The notes under the pieces: generated by a model
What the model saw: only the letters and a program-made list of their open reading frames with translations
Databases searched by the model: none
Told to the model about the DNA's origin: nothing
Source: Patellaria atrata CBS 101060
Taxonomy: Eukaryota
Assembly: GCA_010093705.1 (NCBI GenBank)
Contig: MU006108.1
Location: forward strand, 186,099 to 250,098
DNA length: 64,000 nt
Direction: 5' to 3'
Made by a program: the position numbers and the translations under genes
Shown here: one piece after another, positions 1 through 11,602 of the stretch
Position numbering within the stretch: the stretch's first letter is position 1
Layout: each line of letters begins with the position of its first letter

Positions 1-1068
1 CGGCAGGGAACGATATATGTACGGCATGTGTACAGCGTCCTAAGCGCGCGTATCGAGCCTCTCTGCTTAGGTTGTGAGTGCTGTTGTCGGTTAGGGATTG
101 TACTGTGGATACTGTACTATACTCTACTCTACTATAATAGCTATGCTGTACACCTTATCAAAGTACATGGACATGTAGGATATGTAGTACTGTAGTTTCA
201 CGTCCCGTACGCAGAAGTTGGAATAGCGCTGGATACAGGGGTAGTACAGGAACCAGAGATAGCTGCAGTACAGTCCAGTACAGTACCGTCAAATCCACAG
301 CACGAGGGACTATCTAGTACTCTCCCATCCGACCTCGATACAGGAACAGGTAGACGGGAGACCCGTATCTCTATCCCGCGTAACTCGTTCCTCCGATGGA
401 GTGAAGAGCCTGCCTACCAGATCCTCAGATCCGATGTACGAAGTCCCACTGGAAGCAGAGTGGGAAAATGATGAGGACGAAGCTTCGAAGTTCCGATGAA
501 CGCCAAATCTATTTACGTCGTACAGAAGTGGTAAATTCTTCATTTGGACAAAAATCGTACGTGGATATCAGATCACTGTCGGGAAAAACTAGCAAACGCT
601 ATTATATTCATACTTCTACCCGATTCCCAAAGTGATGGTCATCTTTTATTTCCCTCTCAGCCCTGAGGTCTCATCTCATGTTTCTTTCCCAGTGATATCA
701 TTTAATTCCCATCCCTTCATTCTAGACATTACCGAGAGCGCCAAACGGAACTCCCTGAAAGCACCTCGCATGATCCGAACACCCCAAACACCCGCCTGAA
801 GTAACCACGAAAGACCATAACGGCTCGATGAACGCCTTACAAAAATGCAACCAATTTCCTCTGCAAAACAGCTGCCCACCGCCCTATAGCAATTGAAACG
901 CCATATAAATGCTTCTGGTGCGATAAGACCAATTCATCGCCCAGACGTACCCGTAGAGTGACCATATACCCTTTATCCCGAATTAAGTAATCTCAGTGGT
1001 AACCTCTCGCATTACATTATCCGCGGCTCTTCTCCGGCTTGAGGTTTTTTCTATCTCCTCTTACACTC

Positions 1069-1162
1069 CTTCCCTAATCCGAAGGGTCACCAACAGCTTG
1101 TTCACTCATGCTTCTCCCGCTTCTTCCCCAGTCCGAAGGCTCACCACCCGCTTGTTCGCTCA
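1069..1162. repeat. Imperfect 40-bp direct repeat, period 54 nt, just 3' of the histidine kinase stop
   Basis: CTTCCCTAATCCGAAGGGTCACCAACAGCTTGTTCACTCA (1069) vs CTTCCCCAGTCCGAAGGCTCACCACCCGCTTGTTCGCTCA (1123); 6 mismatches. Confidence 0.85.
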
Positions 1163-1176
1163 CTCCACTCGCCTCT

Positions 1177-4100
1177 TTACTGTTTCCCAATTCCGCTCCT
1201 ACTCTCCGCGGCTAAAGTTTTAATATTCTCCGCCGTAAGGTCATGACTAGGCCCTCCGTCCTCTTCTGCTTCTCCAGCCCCCTTCTCTTCACCTCCTAGC
1301 CAGAGTAATTTATCATCTCTAGACCGTTCTGCCTGTTCTTTGGCGAGCACATGGCGCTCGAAGCGCTCGCTACCCGTTTCGTCTGCCCTGGCAAGGGCGC
1401 GTTCGTTGCTATAGCGTATGCGGTCAAGTTTTGTAGTACCCGATGCTAAGTCCATGGACATCGATCTCGGGGGTTGAGGAATGGTCGGAATGGGAAATGC
1501 GTCCAGTGCCCGTTGCGTATCTCCACGCAAAAGTAAGGACTCCGATGCTGCTGGAGCGGTTGGGAGACGTTTCGGTTTCGGTGGCTGTTTGAGCGGTTTC
1601 TGCTCCTTAGGTGTCCTCCCATCCACAGCCCATTTGACCAGCATCTTCTCAAGCATCTTTCCAGTGACAGGTTTCGCAAGATAATCGTCCATACCAGCTC
1701 TCTGGCACTTCTCCTTGTCACCTTGGATGGCGGAGGCGGTCATAGCAACGATGGGAATGCGTGCGATATGCGGGTTGTCTCGGTATGGTTTCTCGGTGCG
1801 AATAATATGGGTAGCGCGGTAGCCATCCAGTATAGGCATCTGAACATCCATGAGGATGATGTTGGGGTATAGGTGCTCGGCGGAAGGGGGTTCGAGGAGG
1901 TAGTCCAGGGCTTCTTGCCCATTCCAGACGGCAGTTGCTGAGAACCCAAGGCGTTTCACCGTCTTGAGGGCGATTTGTTGGTTTATATGACTGTGGACAA
2001 GGTTAGCGAGCTGAAACCGGTATGTGACGAAAGTGAACCTTACTTATCCTCAACAATGAGTATATGGATGTTTTGTCTCTCTGATGATTCTTGTAAGTTC
2101 ATTGTCTCTTCGTGGAGGGCTCGCATAATAGGCGGGGTAGTCTCTCTTGATAATTTGGATTGCATACTGTTGTTGATCTTTTTGATCGAATTCTTAGGGC
2201 TAAGCTGGCTTCCACCACCTTCCGAGCTACCCACAGAGACGGACATATCCGACCGAAGACGGTCTGGAATCGACCCTAACTCAATGAGTGGAGAACCATC
2301 GGCTGAGTCCTGTGCTTTACTGAACGGTATCCAAAACCACGCGGACGTGCCAACGCCAAGTTTAGAGTCGAGTTCTATCTCTCCGTGCATGAGTTCGACA
2401 AGCTTCGACACGGTTAGCGTTTACGGTAGTATGTGCCAAAGTACGAAAACATACATTCTTGCTGATGGTCAATCCAAGCCCTGTCCCACCAAATCGCCGC
2501 GCAGTGGACGAGTCCGCTTGGCTGAACGGTTGGAATAATCTTTTTCTAACTTCCTCTTCGATACCAATGCCGGTGTCCTCAACCGTGAACTTCACAGTAA
2601 CAGAATCTTCCGAATGCTCAACAACCGAAACAGCGAGCTTAACCGATCCTTCCGAGGTGAACTTGATACTATTCGTCAGCAAATTGGTTAAAATTTGTCG
2701 TAGTCGCCCTGGATCTCCCAATACTCTAAGGTCCCTCTCGATATCCTCCTGGACATCAGTCTCGAACGCCAACCCTTTTCTCGCCGCGGCAAATGACATC
2801 ATTTTGTTGATGTCACGGATGACCACAGATAGACTGAACTGGACTTCTTCAATGTCCAGATGTCCGGATTCCACTTTTGAAAGATCAAGTATGTCGTTGA
2901 TGACAGTGAGTAATCCATTGGCCGATCGCTGGATGTTTTCGGCGCAATCACGTTCCTCCTGGCCTAGTTCCATATCGAGTAGGAGCTCACTCATACCGAT
3001 GACGCCTGCAATAGGCGTTCGGATTTCGTGGGACATGTTGGCAAGAAATTGACTCTTCATACTGCTTGCTTCCTTTGCAGCGATAGCATTAGCCAACAGT
3101 CTTGCGTTCTCCCTCTCTTTTGCACGGAGGTCTTCTTCACGGTCTTTCAGTTCTGGATTGCACGTCAGCCTCCTCTCGTGGTAGTTACTGACGGGAGCTG
3201 ATCCAAACTTACCGGTGATGTCCATCGAAACGCCGATGACACCGTCCACATAAGTCGAACCTTCTACACCACCACTGCGAGACACGCCCATCAGAGGGAC
3301 CAGTCTTGTCCTATACCAACGCCCATTTCCATCGATGTGCATTTCCATTATTTCATCGCTGGAATTCTCGCCCAGAATCGCCTCTATAGCCTTCATGAGT
3401 TCCAGCATATCTTTTTCGCCGTAGTGCTGCCCAAATACCTCATAGACTGGAGAGCCTACAGAATCGGCGTTGACGTCTTCGTCTGAAGTTTGCCACATAA
3501 CACTTCCTTCGAGTAGCATCAGTTTATGCTCTCGGTTCACGGCCCACAGGGTAACTCGGGCATGTTCGACAACTTGGACGAGCTGCTCCCTTAATCTTCG
3601 GGCTTCGTCGCGCGCTTCAATTAAATCATGAATGTCGACACATGTTCCGAACCATCTGCTAATTTTACCGTTTTCGTCATGCAAAGGTTTCGCTCTACCA
3701 AGCATCCAGCGCCACTCACCGTCAAAACGACGGCATCGGTACTCGGTGCTATATTCATCCTAATTACCTGTTAGTATAGTTTCAAGGCGTTTCCGTCATT
3801 AGGAGACGAATACGACATACTCCAGTCCGCAGAGAATGGTTCCAACGTGCCGCAGTGGCGGGCATGTCATCAGGATGAAACGGTAAACGCCACCCTTCCC
3901 CAATGGATTTCTCTGGAGTAAGTCCGGTATAATCATACCATCTTTGAGAAAACCAGTCATGAAGTCCATCTGGAGTAGTTGTCCAGACCATAGGCGGAAT
4001 CAGGTTTGCCATAATTTCAAACTGTTGCTCAGTCTTTTCGACCTGCGCAGCCAGGCGTGTGGTGAGTTCAGTGACATCCTGTAGAACAACCAGTCCTCCG

Positions 4101-5508
4101 AGGAACTCGCCACTGTGCGGATCTATCACCGGTTCGCCTGTCACCTCAAAGACATACTTAGCTCCAGATTTGGGATCCCGCATTCCAATGCGTGAACCGT
4201 GAATACGTTGCTGAGTTTTACACAACTCTAATATGGGATATTCGTCAACTGTCAGTTCCCGCTCAAAGTCTTCTGACCAAACCTTAAGTTGCGATAAGAA
4301 ACTTCGCTGGTCGGTAGGAACATATTCTGAAGATTCCGGGAGTAGCTTCAAAAGGGCAGTGTTTGGAATACCAAAACTTTCGTCCTTCCACATGGCGTAG
4401 GCTGGTAATCTCATCGAGTTCAAGAGAGTGTCTTTCAATTGAGTTGCCTTCTGAAATAAGGAAGGTGCGGATGTGATGGTGGAACGAGAAGGTGGACCAT
4501 TTGGGATGAAGAGGGAGTCTTGCATGAAAGAGGGTGTAAAGTTAGCGGAAGATCTGTTACTATTGGCAGAACGACGGCCCGAGGACGAACTTGAGGAGCC
4601 AGTATTCTTATTCACCCCAGATGTTGCGCGGGCTACAGTACGAGCTGAGTTCTTCAGACGATCAGTTTGCTGCGTTGCTGTGGAACTTGTAAACGTTAAT
4701 GTGAAATATTGTTCACCATCCACTGCCCACAAAGAGATAGTCAAGTTTGCTGAAATTGTGTCTTTCACCTTACCCGATTTCCCCGATTGCTTTGGTGTGG
4801 TGTTATCATGCATGGGAGTGATAATGACATCGACAATAAAGTCATGAATAGTTGTCCGTGCTAGATTTTCACTACTCAAGGTAGATGACGACTGGAAGGA
4901 GTCTGCAGTTGGAGTTCTATCACCATGTTGAGCTTGCTCTGAATCTGGGGACCGTGGTGTCATCTTGAGCTTCGTTATTTTGGCCGCCTGATCGGTAATT
5001 GCGTCAAGGAATTTCTGGGCATCTGTAATTAGCGTGAGAGCTGGGGAAGTGAAGGAAAGCTGATTGTATTAACCTCCCACATAACCCAGATCGGAGAGCC
5101 GTCTTGAACGATGTCTATGCCGAGTTGATTGGGTGACTGATCATGAAGCAGTTCGGTTACTGTTAAAACTGCACCGTTTTCGTCAGTTGTATTAGGGTCG
5201 ATCCCAAGCAACCTTCCCATGGCTTCATTCGCCAACACTACGGTCTTCGTGGAAGATAGGACAATAAGAGGGACGGGAAGATACTGTAGTGCAGCTAGAG
5301 CTGCAGTTGCGGCCGTAGAGGTAGGTAATGGGCCAGAAAGCGTATCAAAACGGTCAGAACATGGAGAGATAGATTCTTTGCTTGTGGGCAAGTCAAAGTA
5401 GCTGGTCGTGCCAGAAGCACGCTCACTTCCCACGCTGATGGACGTTGAGTCTTTCTCCGAAGCATGTTGATGATTCCGAGCATGAGACGAAGGGTTTGGC
5501 TGAGTCAT
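1177..5508 (-). CDS. Hybrid two-component histidine kinase (PAS/PAC repeats, HisKA, HATPase_c, receiver); resembles fungal group V (HHK2/NIK-2-like)
   Basis: H-box LANMSHEIRTP, N-box QILTNLLTNSIKFT, G-boxes VEDTGIGI and FGGTGLGL, receiver ILMDVQMP and DDYLAKP, PAS motifs (WFSQRWYDYTG, WFGTCVDI). GT-AG introns at 5015-5073, 3760-3820, 3153-3212, 2403-2454 and 1991-2043 join the ORF pieces in frame. First in-frame ATG is at 5508. Confidence 0.95.
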
Positions 5509-5916
5509 TGTGGAATCTTGAAGAGGTATGTTTTGAATGCCCTCGTCAGGCTTGAATTTCGACCCTAGAGTTGTCGCTCCACACCATATCTCCCCCAACA
5601 GCTTTACTCAAAATTTCGTGTACAGGCCAGCTTGATCGCGTACCGATGTCTGAAGCGATTGGAGGTCAGAAAATTATTAACAAAGTATTATGAGGCACGG
5701 GAGGATATCGGGTGCGCTTGGGCAGTGAACATGATGATGGTGGAGTCGGGCGGTGGACATGTGCACGGACGTTGATTGAGTAGATGTAGAAATTGTTCCC
5801 GAAGAGGGTCTAGAACGTCTGACTGGAGTCTAGATGTCGCGGATCTCTATAAGATTGATGACAGCAGAGCAGGAGAATGAGGGGGAAATGCGATGGTACG
5901 TAGAGGAAAGAAAGGA

Positions 5917-6018
5917 AGAGAGAGAGAGAGAGAGAGTATAGTCGCACAATAATGAATAAATACTACTGATGGGCTCGATTGTAGCATCGTTGACTTCAAC
6001 TAGTTGTGTGTGTGTGTG
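5917..6018. repeat. Microsatellites (AG)10 at 5917-5936 and (TG)7 at 6005-6018, in the kinase/YOS1 divergent intergenic region
   Basis: Read directly from the sequence. Confidence 0.9.
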
Positions 6019-6479
6019 ACAGCCGTTGAGTAAGGGTATTTAGGAGAGTAGAGATGGGAAAGGCATAAGAAACATACGATAGAAACTAAGGTAGACGTAG
6101 AATGAGCACCTAGGTGAAAAAAGTAGGAGAAGGAGTTCTTTTGTGAACAAGGTAGTAGAATGGGAACTTTTGAGCTTATTTTGTTCCGCCTTATGACGTT
6201 GCTACGATTGCAAACTATCCTTTTACGGTCCTGAAGATCGAGATTGGACATCTATGGCATTTTCCCCTTACGAGGAAGTGGAGGACCTTATTATTATTTC
6301 CGTCTCATCTACATCACGTGATCGACCGTACCTGGACAACTTGTTCACCACATATCATACACCAACCACACCGCGTAGCAGCCTAACGGGATATACAAAG
6401 TCACCTTCGCAATAATTTAACTGCATCTACATTCATTGCGCACACCCAGCCTCCTCCTTTGCACCGATCCAGTCTCACA

Positions 6480-6977
6480 ATGTTATTCATCCCAAATTTC
6501 GGAGGTCTCTTCCAAGGTTCGTCTCTCGACTCCAGCCCTAATCACATCGATCCCCGCTGACTGAAGACCCTCACAGTTGCCATCCTCCTCGTCAATGCCA
6601 TCGCTGTCCTCTCCGAAGATCGTTTCCTCGCACGCAGTACGCAGCTCCTAAACCCGTCCAAAATCCAACCTTCATAACCAGATCTACCAAAGCAAGGCGC
6701 AAATACTAACGGCACATAGTTGGTTGGAGTAACGTCCCGACAGATCCTGGATTCGGCGGCATTCAAGAGACGACGAGTGTAAAAGCGAGGACTATAAATC
6801 TGATCACGAGCGTGCGGACCTTGATGAGAAGTGCGTATCAACCCTTTTGAGCCCTTACCGTTCGGAGAATTGGATATCATCAAAAAATAAATAGCTTGTC
6901 CTAATGTCTCTTCATTTGCAGTACCTCTTATCTTCATCAATACTGTGGTTATCATTTACGAACTGGTCCTTGGTTGA
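6480..6977 (+). CDS. YOS1: Yos1/IER3IP1-family ER-Golgi transport protein (4 exons; absent from the ORF track)
   Basis: Spliced translation MLFIPNFGGLFQVAILLVNAIAVLSEDRFLARIGWSNVPTDPGFGGIQETTSVKARTINLITSVRTLMRIPLIFINTVVIIYELVLG*. It has the Yos1 signatures NAIAVLSEDRFL and VRTLMRIPLI, and three GT-AG introns with branch sites. Confidence 0.95.
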
Positions 6978-7648
6978 TGCATCGTTACCTGGTTAAAACA
7001 GAGTGAGCATCAGTGCGAAAGGACGTTAGAAACTATCAGAAGAAGAGCGAGATGCACGAGGAGTATGAGAGCTAATTCTTCTCACGGTGTATTAAAGTAT
7101 ACCCAACAAGGGAAAGAGAACAGGCAAGAATTGGTTAAAAGTACGTTTACTTCAAAAGCAGCATCACGGTATATGTCATTGTTGGCATTACAACGTAGGG
7201 AGTAGCCCTCTCTGTTTATTGATGGGTGATGCGCACCATCGGCGGTCTTGAAGATCTATGTACGCCAGAATCGAACGAATAGGAACGTTAGAAAGCGGCA
7301 GCCCGCTCCCTATGATAGAACGGGTTCTTGTGTATACCACGCTTCTTGCCCACTGTTTCTGCTACTACAGGAACGGTTGCATAGTTACTATATACAATGC
7401 AGAAGCCTTCTAAATCCAAGTACCACCGTATGCAGCGTCTTAGAACCCTGCGCTGCCCGGACAAGATGAATGGGTAGTCACAACCTGAGATATTACGCCT
7501 TGCGCCAGTCCAATGCTCATTATGTTGGAAGAATGGTGGTGAACGACACCTTACCGGGCAGTTCTGGGGATCACTGGGTATATATGCGTAACACCGTGTG
7601 CAGTCTAAAGCAAAACATCTGGTTCGTTGCTTGAGGGTACTCGTTCGT

Positions 7649-10103
7649 TTATGACAGTATCGTGGATTTTTTCCGTCCTAGGCTAAACCGATTCCAGTTC
7701 GGTTTCTCTGCTTTATCGGATGCCTGCATCGGTGTAGAACTCGATGCGCTCGTATCTCCTGAATTTATCAAGTTTTGCACACTCGAGTTCTTAGCGTCAT
7801 CCGCCGATTTATCCTTGTGTCCCCAGAATTTCGGCTTATGTCGAATGCTCATACTCGTATGCCTGAATCTATTGAGACTACCCGTGAGCGCATTCGTCCC
7901 GTTCTCCTTTACGGGACCTTCCTCCTCGGAATTCGGCACATTGCGTTTATCTTCCTCTGCTTTTGTTGCTTTACTCGCGGCTATTGCGGCCTTCATTTCA
8001 TCTTGATGTTTCCTGTAGTTTTCACGCCGTAGCGTCTCCATTTCTTTTCGCTTTTGCTTAGCCTGCTTCTCCAGCTCTTTTTCCTGTGCTTTCTTCTCCC
8101 TTTCTTCCTTTGCCTTCTCTTTCTTCGACGTTATATCACCCTTTTTTGGTGACCCTATAGGAGCCACGGGTGACGTAACAGTGTGTTCTACATTTACTCC
8201 AGGAGCCAGAGACGCTTGTAGTGGTACTGTTGCTGCATGATCGAGATTAACGAATTGGTCGATCTCTTCAACCGTTGGTGTAGTCGGACTGTAAATAGGA
8301 GGGACTCCGTTAGGAACGGTTCCATTCTGCCTTGCGCCAAGTCCAGTAGCTTCTTTGTATCCTTCCGAAGCCTGATGGGCCGCAGCCAAGCCCTCTGCTT
8401 CTTGTTCCTTTTGCATTGCCTCCAGTGTTGTCTCCTGATAAAACAGTACATAGGCGCAAGCAAGAACATTTTCACCACCAAAGAAATTCCGCACGTAACT
8501 CTTATCAACTGGCTCGACCATCTCATCATCGAACAACAACCAGCCACGATCCTGTGTCTTAATAATAGACACATAATGACCATGATAGGGACCGCCTCCG
8601 ATATGTACAACCACGGCATATAACTCGTAGAGCCGATCGGGATCCTCAGCGTCATCCGTTGTATTAAATAATCTGAGGTAATAGGGGTATACTACACGGT
8701 GGAAAAGCTTCTGTAGTCGTTGAAGATCCTCAGTGTACTTGAATCGTTTGAGATGCAATGCTAGGATCCGAGGTAATCGTTTGATCTTCATCCTCTTTTC
8801 CGCCTCTTGAAGACCACCACAATTGTCACAATGGAACTTGTTCCGCTCACAGAGCATTTCCTCCTCAGAAAATTTCCGCAAGCAAGATGTGACAGAAGAA
8901 TGCTGTTCTAAGTCTACAGAGAGATCTAAAAATGCTTCGTCGCGCTGCGACGTGTTTTCACATGTTAAGCATCTTGTCTCAGATGTCAGCGTACCTTCAA
9001 AAAGGCCGTGGACCCATCCAGCGCTTAATGAAGGCGCTTTATTGGCGGTAGCGGGAACGATAGAAGTAAGCACAGATGAAACAGCGTCAGCAAAGCCAGA
9101 TGATGATGTGGCGGAGCTCGCATCTGTGGATTCGATCTTCTTAGAAAATTGTTCTACGTTCTCTACGACCTCGTTCAGAAGGAGGTTAAGAAACTCATGC
9201 GCATCTTGATGCATTGCGGTCCGAAACATCTCATTTTCCCTCCGTAGAATTTCCAAGAATTTGTGCGGGCTGACGACACCCATCCGCGACCGGTGTGCAA
9301 TGATAGCTTCGAAAATATCTTTCAAAGAAGTGAACAAGGATTCACTCATGCCATAACTCTTCGCATTTTCGTAATCCATATTAAGAATAGGTCCTGTAGC
9401 CATAGCTACCTTTTTCTTATACTCAGGTGAGTCCTTGTTATCTTCTGGTTTCATCACTTGGCCTGGTAGAGCCGCCGGCGTGGTACTTGATTTACGAGCG
9501 GATGCCTGCGCAGGACTGGGCAGCACCTGCTTGGACCCGGTTGGTGACAGAGTGCCATTTGATGTTACTCCACCAATATCGGTATTTATCCGTGGAAGAC
9601 CAGATGGCGACCTATTGAGAGTGTCTTGGGGCGACCGGGAGGGAAAGTTGATGACCTGTTCCCGAAATGGTACGGAGTAGTAAAGGCATTGGATGATCGA
9701 GTTGCAATAACTGGAAAATGTCAATAATGACTGCTGTGAGACAAGAGCATCTAGGCTCAAAAATGAGAGATATACCATGTACTACCAAACTATATAGCAT
9801 AATAAATTAGCAACTCAGCTATATGACCTCCCTCCCTACAGAACTCACATTTTCAAAGCCAAAGAACTTATCACTTCCGTCTTCTCGTATAGGTCCAGCG
9901 TCGACTAGGAGCTTTTCTAAAGGTGTCGGTTGTGGTGCGTTAGGATCTTTCTTCACAGGCGCAGTTGTCGAGGGGCTCGCGGGACCCTAAACGATGTTTG
10001 TTAGTTCTTTCTTCTCTCAAGCCGTAAAAGATGTGGATGTTGAGCTTCCTGGAAAGCGGGGACTCACAGTATTTCCTTTTAGTCTTCCAAAAAAAGAAGT
10101 CAT
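7649..10103 (-). CDS. creB: Ubiquitin C-terminal hydrolase, CreB/USP12-46 family
   Basis: Exons 10103-10068, 9986-9849, 9789-9776 and 9710-7649 give Cys box [21 protein letters not shown], zinc motif CLTC...CDNC, His box GPYHGHY and WLLFDD, plus a C-terminal charged coiled coil. Confidence 0.93.
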
Positions 10104-11602
10104 GATGCTTCCCTCGTACGAGGTAAAATAATTTCGATTTTGAATGTAGAAAGCAACGCAGGACTTTTGATTATGAACGCCTACGTGACCAAGGGGATTG
10201 AGCCAGTTGATGGTGGCGTAATACGAGTGCTCGGACAGTTTGTTATGTACTTGGTCGCCGCACCCAAAAAGGAAAGTGAAATAGAGGTGCTTCAAGAGTA
10301 AGGAGGAACTATGGAGTGGCGACGCAGTTGAGGTAGGAGAGCGATGGGAGGGAAAATAGTGAAAGCAAGCTAATAATGCGACCAAGTCTTAGAAAGAACC
10401 AGTAGTGAATAAGAATAATAAGGGTCCCTGTGGTGGTGAAAGACTTTTGGTGGAGGGGTGAGGTAGTATTCGAGGCGGCGCGGCTGATAGATGGGCTCTA
10501 TATTACACCAGCCGCAGACAGAGTGTCTTTTGTCTGCGGTTAAGAGATGGGGCGGTTAGGCTCTGGAAGAATTCTTTCTACTCCATCATCGCATTTATCC
10601 GCAGGAAAATTGACGTGAATAGAAGCATGGGAGTATCATGATCTTTTGAGGAAAATCACAAGCGGTTGGGATAGGGGGAGAGAAGATGAGGTGAATGGCG
10701 TTGGGGATGGACTTCGGATTCAATTGACCGTCTGCCGGCTGTCAAAGTTGGCTTGGACGGGAGTAAGGTAGTGTTTCTGCTAACACTAACAGTTGCTATA
10801 ACTTGCTAACAACTATAACCCATGGCAGATGACGGGACAAGGCTTTTAGAGGACAAACCCCCTCCCTAAACTTTGCAACATCTCCCGAGCGATTCCAGGC
10901 TGATGCAAGGCTCTGTGAAGGGTGTAAGGTATCCCCATGGTGTATGCCCACGCGCCAGGTTCACACCAAAAAACTGTGACTGTTTAGGAGCGATTGGGGG
11001 ACCCCTTGGACCCAAGCGGCGCTTCTGATCGCGAGCCTTGCGTAATCAGGGCCTTGTTCCACTCAGAATTGACCCGATAATCCCGAAACCCCTCATACTG
11101 TATTCCCTAGGCACACTATTATTGGGACAGTAGTAGGCCATCCTCTTACAGCTTGACGTTTGTTACTTTGACAAGCATCATCGTTCGCACGTGGCATGCG
11201 CCCTCTTACCACGGACTTGGAGACACTAGAACACTTCCACCACTTCCAAGAAGCCTTCTTTGCTACGACATTAGGTATATTCGTGTTCTAATATCAGATA
11301 GGAGGACACAAGCTAGGCGTCCGCATACGTATGCGCTGTTCCCCACCTCGAAGAACTAGAGATTAGCGGATGAAGATGGGTCCTTTATTGTGAACTTAGA
11401 CGGGTAGAACTACAAGGTAGAAAGTCAATGTTAATAGACTTTCCGTCTAATAGGTATCCTTATAGGTCAGTGTTCGAAGATACTCCGTATCACGTCTCTT
11501 TAGAGTTGATACACGATGTCTACGTAGTAATACAGATTAGACCTCGCACCACTGCTATGAGTTTCGTCGTTCGTCCCCTGTGCGTTTTGGCACAGATTTC
11601 CG

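Noticed and set aside
6542..6955. 137-aa antisense ORF over YOS1
   Set aside because: No recognisable motifs; explained as a shadow of the plus-strand spliced gene.
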